NCBI GenBank assembly: GCA_050273025.1
Contig: CP158636.1
Span: forward strand, 10,912,001-10,976,000
Direction: 5' to 3'
Length of the DNA: 64,000 nucleotides
Source: Cenococcum geophilum
Lineage: Eukaryota
Part shown: one piece after another, positions 35,327-47,290 of the stretch
Layout: each line of letters opens with the position of its first letter
Numbering within the stretch: position 1 is the first letter of the stretch
Translations under genes and position numbers: made by a program
Notes under the pieces: generated by a model
Databases searched by the model: none
What the model was told of the DNA's origin: nothing
The model's input: only the letters and a program-made list of their open reading frames with translations

Positions 35327-38300
35327 TGTAACAAAGCCTTATAGTAGGGACTACGGTAGACTTATTAATGGGCTAGGTATATAGGTATTATAAGTAAGTT
35401 AACAACGTAATAACAACTGGTGGAGTGGTTGCCCAATAGATTAACTTTAATTGTATTCTAAGAATCACTATAAGAAAGGAACTATTTAGGTAGGGACTAA
35501 GGGTCCTTAAATATACAACCGTACTCCTATAAAATCCTTCTTGTATATAATATACGTCTTATATATAAGGTACGTAAGTTCCCTTTATTCCTCTTATTCC
35601 TCTTATAGCACCTTATATAACCTCGGTTACTATTCCTTGTTATATAGTTTTACGGGTTCCATCCTAAACCGTGCTTATATTAACTAACTAGCTTCTTCCA
35701 ACTCTTCTCTAAGTAGTCATAATATTATACTTAAAGCGTCTATAACACTATCTCCCTCCTTTTTATCTTTATCCTTAAAGATACCTAGTATCTCTAAGTT
35801 GTTTACTAGAGGTGTAATATCCGTCTAATTAATTTAGTTAATATCATTACTTATAATACCTAAAGCTTCTTCCTCTTCACACGCGCAACGTCGTACTCGC
35901 ACTATTGCTGCAATATTATCGCTTAGTGAAATAATACTATCTCCGTATTCTTGTTGCTTAAGGAAGGGGTTAGTGTATATTACGCTAGCGAGTCCTTTGT
36001 CTTAGTAACCCTCCTTTTATTTAAAGTGCACTAAAGTAAACGTTTAATCGTCTTATAATGTTCGTTCTACTTCTAACGCTAAGTATACGCGTCCTATAAC
36101 TCTTAATAGTCTTTAAGTTCCCTAAGTAATTTATTATAGGGTTTCGTATTTAATCTACTACTACAAAGCTTAATAGTAACCTGGCGCAGGCCCTTACTAA
36201 GTTTAAGTATTCTTAGGATACGGAACAGAAGGCCCTAGATGCTTACATTGCGGCGTCTACCCGTCTACTTTGTCTTAAGAAGGTATATAAGAAGGTTTAT
36301 TTTAAGGAGTGGAAGCTTATAAAATAAGGTCTATAGGAACTTAGTAATAAAAGAATAGATTCTCTTTTAATAGCGAAGGAAATAACTCTAAGTAGTTCGG
36401 CAGTTGCTCTTCCTAGGTCCCCCTTAGGTGGCTCATTTTTTAGTAATTCTTCTTTATTAATATTGCCTAACCTTTTCTCTTCTAATACTCCTGTACCTTT
36501 CCTATAGCGTTCTTTAGATTTTCTAGTAGCTCTTAGGTAGTCTCATTATAGCCTATCTACTTTACTTTATACTATATTTCGTTATCAACATCCTTATAAC
36601 TAATAATCTTCAAAACTTACTATTTGTCTTCTTCTCGTCCTCTATACGTATCTACTTTATAAATTAATAGCTTAATATTTCTATATGCTAGCTCTAGCAT
36701 TACAATATGCTATATAGGGTAGATCTTTATTTTAGCTAGTAGGTTTAACTTAAACGTAACTAATGAAATTTTCTGTGTAATTTTAAAAGGTTCTAGTCTA
36801 ATATAGTCTAACTTCTTACTTAGTCGTCAACTCTTAAAATTTTTGTGTAGTAGCCATACTTTATCTCCCTCCTTAAGATCTAGTCCCTTAGATCTCTTAG
36901 CATTGTAGTACTTTTTCATTCTTTACTATACTGTTTTAGCTGTTTCCGTAAGGTTTGTATAAAGATTTATTAAAGTCTCCATTCTTTACTTAGCTTTGCT
37001 ACTCGTTTTCTTTACTTATTATAGCAATAATAATATTCTTAGCTTGTACCTATAATTCGCCTTAAATAGTAACGTACCTATTCCTTCTTATAGTATTGCA
37101 TTATATGCAAACTATATAACTAGTAATAGTGATACCCAATTATTCTATACGTAATTAATATAGTGCCTTAGATACTGCTCTAGTGTCTAATTTAATCTTT
37201 CCGTTTAACTATCTGTTTATAGATAATATGCGGTAAAAGTTGCTACTTAAACTCCTTACTTCGCTAAGAATACTTCCTAAAATGCTGCTATAAATCTTAG
37301 ATCTCTATCTAATATAATTTTATTTAGTGCTCTATGTCTTATAAACACTTCTTTAATATAAATTCTAGCGATATCTTCCGCTGAGATTTCTTCCGTATAG
37401 GCTATAAAGTATCCCTACTTCGTAAGCTTATCTACTATTACTAAGATTGCGTTATAATCTTATCCAGTAATAGGATCTCTTAATTTTAGCAACTTAATAA
37501 TAAAGTCCCATAATATAACCTCCCATAGTCTCTTTGGTATTTTAATAGGTTATAGCCCTCCATACGGCTTATGCCTTATTAGTTTATTTCTTTAGTAATC
37601 TAAACACTCCTTAGTAACCCTTCTAGCTATCCTCTAGATTCTATCAATAATATACTCCTCCTAGAGTCTTAACACTAAGCCTATAGCTTTATTGTGTTCT
37701 TAAGTTAATCCCTTATAGAAGTCCTCCACAAACTGCTCTACTATACTTTTTAGGATGTACTTTACTTCTCGATTTTCGTATATATCCAACTATAGGTCTT
37801 CTAGTTATACTTCTAGAATTCTTTATACCTAAAAGCTTTCTAGTGTCTTATAGACTTTCTTTTCTAACTTATTTTCTTATATTGCTGCGATCTTTAAATA
37901 ATTATACCTAATTAGTCTATCTATGTCTTTTCGTAGTAAAGCCCCTAATAGCTTATTATCGTTTTATAGTTTAGCCTTTCAACTTAACGCATTAGCTCGC
38001 GTGTTATCTATACCCTTAGTATACTAAATTTTAAAATAGTATTCTATAAGCATCTCTGCCCATCTAACCTATCTTTAATTAAGTTCCTTTGTCGTTAGGA
38101 ATCCTATTAGGTTCTTATAGTCCATTTTAACCATAAATAGTTTTTCTATACCTTATAAAAACGCTCTTTATTTTTTTAGTACTATAACTATACCTAATAA
38201 CTCCTTATTATAGATATTATAGTTTAACTCTAGTAGTATTATCTTCCGACTATAGTATGCCACTAGATGCTATCTATTTAGATGCTTTTATATAAAGTAT

Positions 38301-41300
38301 ACTCCTAGTATAAAGTCTAATACATCTATTTCTACAACCGTCTCTAGTTCTAGTTAATAGATCTTAAGAACTGGCTCCTAGGTAAACAACTCTTTAACTT
38401 TTTTAAAGAGTTCTTGCTATTCCTCTCCCCATACCTATAGTTCTTCTTTCTTCGTTAATTATATAAATGGCTTAATATCCTTTAACCATTATGCTATAAA
38501 CCTTCTGCAGTAATTATAAAACCCTAAAAATAATCTTAATTACGTAACGTTCTCTAGTTCCTGCCAATTCACTATAGCCTTAATCTTCTTTAAATCTATA
38601 CTAAGTTAGCCTAGTTTAATAATAAATCTAATAAAATTGGTCTTCCTAGTAAAGAACTCGCATTTCTTAATTACTACTAGCATCTATTCTTCCTATAGTC
38701 TCTTTAATACCTATTTAACATATTCTTTGTACTCTTCCTTATTTATTAAGTAGATAATAATAATATTAAGGTATGCCATAATAAATTCATCTAAATGTTC
38801 TCCTAATATATTGTTAATACGCTTTTAAAATATTACTAGTGCGTTTATAAGCCTAAATTACATAACTAATAGTTTATATAGTCCTTCCTTTAACCTAAAG
38901 GCTGCCTTCTATTCGTCGCCTTCCTTAATCCTAATCTAATAGTATACCTATCTTAGATCTATCTTCATAAAGATTTACATATTACCTATTCTGTCTTAAA
39001 TTTCGCTAATTAAGGGTAAAGGATACCTATCCTTTCTAGTAATACTGTTTAACTATCTATAGTTAATATATAGCCTTAGTTTACCATTCTTCTTTAGTAC
39101 AAACAGTACTAGATATCCCGCTAATAACTGTAATGGTCTAATATATCCTTTTTATAAGTTCTCTTAAATAAACTCTTTTAGTACTCTACCTTCTTCTTTA
39201 GTAAGCTTATAGATTGGAAAGAACCTTAGACTTATTTCTGGTTCTAATTCTATTTTATAGTCCTATGCTATATACTCTAACAGCTTTTTACTTTTAGGTA
39301 ACTATAGTTTCTTGCCATACTTATAGTATCTTTTTAGTATATGGCTTAGCCCTTTTTCTATTTCTTTATAGGTCGCTCCTACTTAGTACTATACCAACTT
39401 AGCTTATTATTATATCTTATGGCGTTAAGTATCTCTAATATTAACCTAACCTATAACCCAATTAATCTTTAGATTATATTCCTATAACTAAGGCATTCCT
39501 AGTACTGCCTTATTATTCCCTAATAGTAATATATCGAAAGATATCTTAACTAGTCTTCTTTTAATAGTTAACTAAATAGGTCCTATTTCGAGATTAATAA
39601 TACCTCCTCCATAGGCTATCGGATCTCCTAAAATTGTCACTAATAGGTAAGGACATTCTTTTTACCTATATAGTAATCCCATCCTTTTTACTACTATTAG
39701 TAAGATATAGTTCCTTATTGCTCCACTATCTATTAATACCTTAAACTGTTAATCTTGCCATTTAATTTATAAATTCAGGTATCGTCCTTAAATTCCTTTA
39801 AGGGTTTAAGGCTCTATTACTAGCTCCCTCTAGTCCTATAGGCCTCTACTTTTCCTAAGTATTAGCTACTAGATCCTGTTTATACTTAGTCTAACTTAGG
39901 CCAATACTTAGTTCGTTTTTTGTCTTTAATATACTATAAATAGATGTTCTCTAGACATTCCTACTATTATCGTCCATCTAGGTATTCTTCCATAAGAAAT
40001 CTTCCTAGTTAAAGTATTAAGTCCCCTTATTCTTAAACTTCTACTAGGTGCTAACTATATATATACTTAGCGTTTTAATATTTCGCCTTGTTTATTATCT
40101 AATATATCCTTATTAAATACTTTTAATTTTTGTCCTTTAGTACTTTATATATATTACACGCATCGTCCACGTATACTATCCACGATAGTGTATAATATGC
40201 TTAATATCTTAGGTTAACTCTCGGCTTATCCTTGTCCTTAAGTTTAAACCTTTCTTGTATTAGTCTAAGCGTTACGACTTCGTTCACAGGTACTAAGATT
40301 TATCTTTCGCTTCTCTAATCCTCTAATTACTTCTCTAGATCTTTTAATATTATAATTAAGGCCCCCTTAATATAAGTTATAGCCTTCTCTATAATTAGGT
40401 GGTTTTAAATAACTTTCTCATCCAACTATATATAGAAATCTTCCCACTCATTATTATATCGTTGTCTATACCACTTTTAGTACAGCTGCTTAAGTATATA
40501 CAGCTCGTCCATAAGGAAATATCTCTTTATTACTACATCATAACAGCCTTTAGTATGTCATTCTTCGAACCTAGTAAGAATCCCTAGATCCTCTTCTTGT
40601 TCTAGTTTAGTAAGCCACTTAGCTCTTAGTATACCTATTCTAGGCCTATTAGTAATTCTTTGTACTAGCGCTCTGTCCTTTATACGTCCTAATATACTAG
40701 ATCTCTTATCTAGTTTCTGTTCTTGCCATAAGGTAATTCTTACCCTAAATTCCTCTATAGTTTCTTTTATATTACATCTTATAAATAGATCCTTAAAGTC
40801 TTTATACTTCTTAATCTTAGTATTAACTTTTCGATCTTTAGGCTAAATACTATATTCCCCTAGTAAGTCTTCTAGGTCTATATATCTATCTCCTAGTCTA
40901 ATCACTATTTATACTATAGATTCTCTAATTTATAAAGAAGCCTCTTACCTCTTACTTATAGGTGTCCTAATTTATACTCCAAATTCTTATCCCCTTAGAT
41001 TACTTAATCTTAAGCTTACTTCTAGCTTAAGCTTAGTTCCCGCCTTAGTCCAACTAGGCGTCCGTAGTGTTCTTATCTTATCTTAAGAGTCTTAAATCTC
41101 ACTTATCTCGTCTTAAGAATCTTATACTATAGGAAACTCTTATCCCGAGCTTATTCGTATATTCTTAAACTAAGCTACTACCCTACTCTATCGGTTTTCG
41201 TCCGTTATAGGTCCTTAGATATACCTTATCTTATCTTAAAAATCTTAGTTATCTCTTATCTCGTCTTAAGAATCTTAAGCCTGTGGCCTTTTGCCTTTAT

Positions 41301-43349
41301 TAAGTGGTAAGCTAGCACTAGCAGTCGTCTACTTGCTTAATCGTCTCTAGATATTACTTCTTCCGTCTTATAAAGCAATAGATGCCGTATCCAACGGTGT
41401 TATAATACCCGTTACTAAACCATGCTCTATAGCGGTCTTAGTCTCTACTTCTATTACGTTATTAAGGTTTAAATACCCCTAGTTAGTTCCTTTACTATCT
41501 TTATCGCTGTTAATTAATAAGTACTCCAACTCCATTATTATTGTTACTAATCTTTATCCACACGTTGCTATAATATCTTAATCCAGCTTATAGAATTAAT
41601 CTTATTCTTTATCTAACTCTTTAGTTCCTCTAAGTCCTTTTAACTCTAGCTCTTACGGCCAATAGCTTATACCATACTTAGCGTCTTTATAAATTTAGTA
41701 TACGTTATTATAACAAAACGCAAAACTTCTAATTAAACATTCTTTTGTTCCTCGCAGTATACTATCGTCCCTCTATACGTATATATTACATACTATTAGT
41801 CTAGTTCCCTTTATTATATAGTAACTCTAACTATCTTTATAATCCCTCACAAAGTAACCCTATTTTTTATAATTTATATAAGCTCCGTCTCTAAACCATT
41901 AACTTTATTATAGAGTCCGCCTAAACGTCTTCTACTATTAAGATCCCTAGTTTAGCCTATACTCCTTAGTCCTGTAATTACTAAATCCTTAACCTTTAGG
42001 TTTCTATAGTTTCTTACTCCATCTCTTATAGGCTTCTTTAGTACCACTTAGGTCTATTAGCTCTACGCTATACCATAGTTTCTAATTTAGCTTAGGTCGT
42101 TACGTACTCTACACCTTATATAACTATAGAACTCTATCCTAGCCTTTCTTAGCCTATTCCCTTTAAAAGATCCTATTGTCGATCTTAATCACTTAATCTA
42201 TTAATTCCCTTAGGGTATCCGCATCTTCCATTAGAATAATTACGTCCTAGACTTTAGCCTTAAGTCCCTATTTATACTATACCATAAGCGCTTTATTATT
42301 CCACTTAAGTTATATAGCTAGCGTTTAGAATTATATCGTGTACTTAATCGCTAAAGTCCATTACGTTAGGTCCTAAAGTTTTCTTTCCACTGTAGTTGTT
42401 GCTTCTGGGTTCCTAAACATTTATATAAGTCGCTCTGCAAATCTATTCTAGCTTAAAAACATAAACCGTACTTCCTAGTTCGTTATTATTATTCTATTTA
42501 CTTATATCTCTATAAGGTAAGGCTTAAACCATTTAAGTGCTCTTCCTAATAAGAACAATCCTGCATATACTACTTAATCCATAGTTATTGCCAGCTTTGC
42601 TCCTTTCTGCGCAACCTTAAAGTATATTTACGTAAGAAATCCTTTAAGCTTTAATCTTTCTCCTAAGAATCTTTTAATTAATAGTAACTTAACCTTTACT
42701 ACTCCTATCCCATTAATCCTATTTTTAAATGCCATATTATCTCCCGTTAACTAGTTAACTATTATTTATAGCTGTCCTACTATCACAGGTTGTTATAAAT
42801 TAGTGTCTGCTATACTAGTGTTGTTACCTAATCCTAACGTAGTTACCGCCGTCAATGGCGTTATGGTGGTGGCTGCTTTTGGTGGCATATTGTTTAACTT
42901 ATTAAAACCGTAACCATAGTAGTAATTGTATAACGAAGCCTTATAGTAGGGACTACGGTAGACTTATTAATGGGCTAGGTATATAAATATTACAAGTAAG
43001 TCAACAACATAATAACAACTAGTAGAGTGGTTGCCCAACAAATTAACTCCAATTATATTCCGAGAATTACTACAAGGAAGAAACTATCTAGGTAGGGACT
43101 AAGGGTCCTTAAATACACAACCGTACTCCTATAAAATCCTTCTTGTACGTAATATACGTCTTATACGTAAGATACGTAAGTTCCCTTTGTTCCTCTCGTT
43201 CCTCTCATAGCACCTCATATAACCTTAGTTACCATTCCTCGTCATATAGTTCCACGGGTTCCATCCTAGACCGTGCTTATATTAACCAACTAGCTTCTTC
43301 TAACTCTTCTCCAAGTAGTCATAACATTGTACTTAAAGCGTCCGTAACA
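35327..43349 (-). mobile_element. Ty3/Gypsy retrotransposon 3 (same family as element 2) nested in Copia B RT
   Basis: 421-bp LTRs at 35327-35747 and 42929-43349, TSD AGACG. The internal region is collinear with the reverse complement of element 2. Confidence 0.93.
35855..36500 (+). pseudogene. Antisense accessory ORF of Gypsy element 3 (Cys-rich N-terminus plus coiled coil)
   Basis: Reads (M)PKASSSSHAQRRTRTIAAILSLSEIILSPYSCCLRKGLVYI...YLKCTKVNV*SSYNV. The homologue in element 2 (minus strand, ~27340-26750) keeps Cys at other positions (SPCSC...KCTKAN..FCDIR). Probable intron from ~36083. Confidence 0.55.
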
Positions 43350-46300
43350 AGACGCCCTTTAAGATCTATCTTATACTAGTTAGCTATCTTTTTAATATAG
43401 GCTTCCTGGGATAGCCATAGGAGCCTCTAACTATAATTACGTAGCATATAGATTTCTAGAAACCATTTTAGCTCGCCAAGGGTACTCATCTAGTATTCCT
43501 TGCTCAGCTCCTTAATTATTTCTTAAGCCTTCTTCTTATCTATCTTTCGGTAGCAGAAGATAATATTATTGACGTAAAAGAAGACGACTATTCTACCCTT
43601 TAGCATAATATACGGCTCCTAAGGTACCTCTTTAAAACCCAATTCTATTAGCAAGCTTGTGAGATTCTTCTGCTATAATAGTGGTGATTATTATAGTCCA
43701 TAAAGGGCTTTTCTTAAGCGTAGTACTTTATCTATCTTTCCTTTATTAAACCCTAGCAGTAGCTTTATATAGACGACCTCGTCGAGATTATAATAGATAA
43801 ACACATTAACTATATCTATCTATGTCGTCTCTAGGTTGAATTTTACGGTAATTGCCATTAGGGTTCTAAAGGTTGTGCTCGCCAATATAGTAGCTCTTAT
43901 AGGTAGGTCTCCTAAAGCCTATTAATTTCCGTATACTACTAAGTATGCCTTACATTTCTAGAGGAATTTGTACTTGTCCGTCTTATAGACAAAGATCCAT
44001 ATTAAGCTAAGGACCTACTATCCCCTTATATACTTCTTATCTGTTTCTTAAAATAACCTTATTTAATAATAAGATTAGAGGTGGGCTCGTTAAGCCTCTT
44101 AGAACTAATCTTAAAGAGGGTACGTATTAAGGTTTTAGATTGACTAAGGTGGCGGAGGTAAGTTCTTCCTATATAATCTAACATCACATATTCTACCTAA
44201 TTTCAGCTTACTATTATTAAGTTAACTATTAAGGTTAAACTTCTGTCCTGCCAAGAAGGCGCTATAATAGGCTAACGTGATTCTTTTAGTAATAAAGTCT
44301 TTAACCCTATTATCGCAGGCTTCCTCAAATAAGTCTTTAACCGAGTCGTTAAACACCCCCTAAGTGTTAAACCCGTCTCCTTTTCGTTGAATAATATCCT
44401 AATCTAGTATATCTGACCTTATAGGGTACTTAACGTAAAAGGCATATAGAGATTCTTCGTCTTCTTTTGTTAGAGGTGGCGTATAATATATATCTTTAAG
44501 AGCTCTTACAAGCTCAAGATCGGCTGACTTATTAAAGGTTCAAATAGGCTTATTAACGTCGTCGTCTTCCTCTTAAATTAACAGTTTAAATACTTCTTTA
44601 TTATCTTCCAAAAGAACCTTATTCTTAGTTAGGGTATTAGGAAGTTAAATCTTCTCAATTAGTATATCCAATTCAGCGTGTAGGTCCTTTAAGATATCCG
44701 TTCGCTTGCCGTTAAAGAACGTCTTTTTGTTAAAGATAACGTCCCTTATAGAGATAACAATACCTTTATATAGGATCTAGATCCTATAGATATTAGTAGA
44801 GTTATAGCCAATAAGGTAGCCGATATAGGCTCGCGGATCTAGCTTGCTTAGCCTTTTCTTCTTCAGCTAGGCATCCGACGTTATCGCGTACGCCCTATAG
44901 CCGTAGGCTTTTAGGTGCGCCAGTTGCGGCTTTCTTAATCTCCTATTAGCTAGGAAGGTATAAAACCTCTTATATAGCAATTTCCAACCGTTACTTTCCC
45001 ATGGCGTTTAATCTTAAAAGTAGACTACGCAGTTAACTATTTCGTTTTATAGATTATATAGTAGATTATACCTCAGACAAATCCATTAGATAAAATCTTT
45101 AAGTACTTATAGTGTCTCCTTTTCCTTACTATGCGTCATTATAAAATACGGGAAGGATCTCCCTAAGAAGGTGTCGTAGATAAGTATAACTCGTATAAAT
45201 CCGGCATGCGCTTCCTTAAGGTTAGTCCAGTTAATATAGAGGTTAAAATAGGGTTTATTAATTTTCTGTTTTAAGAACCTTCTTAAGACCTAACGCTTAA
45301 TTTTAGCAAGACTGTAATGTTAACATTCCATCGTCTTTAGGCCTTAAAGCTTAACTTCTAAGGCGTTAAGACCTAGATAATAAAGGCTTATAGGTCCTAA
45401 ATAACCTAGACGCAGATACCATAGTTATACATTACCTTTTAAATCTAGACGAACGTCTCTTAATAATATCCGCTTCCGTTAACGGCGCGTTAGACGGCTA
45501 ATATTAAATGCGGATTTTAAGTTTCCTAATTAAATATATTTAATAGTCTGTTATTTATAACGTTCTTCTATTTAATATAGGATTATATTATCCTTTTAAA
45601 TAAGAAGATTGTTATCTCCTTTATTGTCCTAGTAGTACCCTTATTTTTAAAGTAGACGGAACAACACTAGATTCGTATTAAAGTCCGTATAAAAGGCAAC
45701 GTCCTTAAGACATAGGATTCCCTTACTCTTGTCTAGTTATATAACTTAGATAGTAATATCGCCGTAGCCTAATATAGGGACTTTTAAGCTGCCTACGATA
45801 ACGTATTCGTATTTTAGAGCTTTTTTAAAATTATAAAAACAAGAAAGGTTATTAAAGATATAGAGAGTGGTTCCTAAGTTAAGAATAGTTAATAGCTTTA
45901 GTAGATAGAGTTAACCAGTGTAATACGATTCTAGGAATATCGCATTAGCTTCTCCCTTAATCTTAACTTCCTAACTCTCGTCCTGTCGTTATCAAGCTTT
46001 ATTAGCATTTATTTTCTTAAGCTTAAGTTATTCTACTTAGGCAGCTAGATTCTTATCCTACTTTACCTTTATAAGCACCCTTTTTATATATATATCTACG
46101 GCTTTAAATCCCTTAGGCCTTTTACACTTAAATAGGTACCAACAGTTAGGAAGAGTATGCCCCCTTATATTGCATGCCGGGCATTTAAGGTTCTTTAACC
46201 TTTTGGAAGAAGACGTCTCTTCTTTAATTAAATTTATCCCTGCCCTTTTTTAGCTATAAGGTAAGCTTTTCCTTTTCCCTTTTAGACCTTTAGTAGCGGA

Positions 46301-47124
46301 GGTATCCTCTTTAGATCCTCCTACAAAGTCTACGTTAAATGCACTCCCTCTTACCGTCGTAGGTACGGCTTTAAAAAGGTTTTGGAATGCTTCTTATAGC
46401 TCTATTACTACTTTACGGTATCCTAATAAGTAAGCCTTTTTAGTATTATCTACCTGCTTTATATACAGAACGAAATAGGTTTCGCTTATAGGTCTTATTA
46501 TATTCGCAAGGTCCATTAGCTAGATCCCGTTAGTTATCTATAAAAGATTATACTTCTTAGCCATCTTTATTATATGCTCCCATCGGTTAAGCCATTAGGT
46601 AATTTTTGCCTACTTAAGACCCCTAAGCGAATCTATGTATTATAGCTGTACCTTCCTTATTATAAAGTTCCTTAAGGGCTTAGTGTCTTCTTTTAACTAA
46701 GTCAGCCATTCCTTAACTATAAGGGAAGGGTTAAGCAGTAGCTTCTTCTAAGTTGATACTATAGACGTGATCTAGGTATAGATCTGTTAAAGATAATCTT
46801 CCTGTCTTAGGAAATACTTTATATCCTAGTTATAGTATTATCTACTATTCTCGTACGCTTTCTATTAATTCGTCAAGAGCTATGCATATAAGGTTGCATT
46901 CTCATTGAAATCTATAACCTTTAGATAAGGTGGTTTTATAAGTAGACCTTCTTAAGGTGCTTCTATAGCTAGGTTAACGTGGGCCCAAATTTGCTAATCT
47001 ATAAGGGCTCGGAGCTACCATAGCCATTGTTCCCAGTCTTCTGGCTTATTGAGGATAATTATAGTCGACGAACTTAACGGTGGAGTCATTTAACTAATAG
47101 GCAAAGGAGGAATTGAGATAGTAT

Positions 47125-47290
47125 TTTGTCGTTAGGATCGTCCTTGTCGTCAGGAGCGTCCTTATCATCAGGAGCGTCCTTGTCGTCAGGAGCGTCCTTG
47201 TCGTCAGGAGCGTCCTTGTCGTCAGGATCGTCCTACGACGATTGAGGTAGAATTTCGTGGAATCTCGTGGAATCTCGTGGAATCTCATAG
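47125..47290. repeat. 18-bp (GTCAGGAGCGTCCTTGTC) and 10-bp (GGAATCTCGT) tandem repeats in the Copia leader; second copy at ~49785-49920
   Basis: Directly visible. Unit number differs between Copia A and B. Confidence 0.8.
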
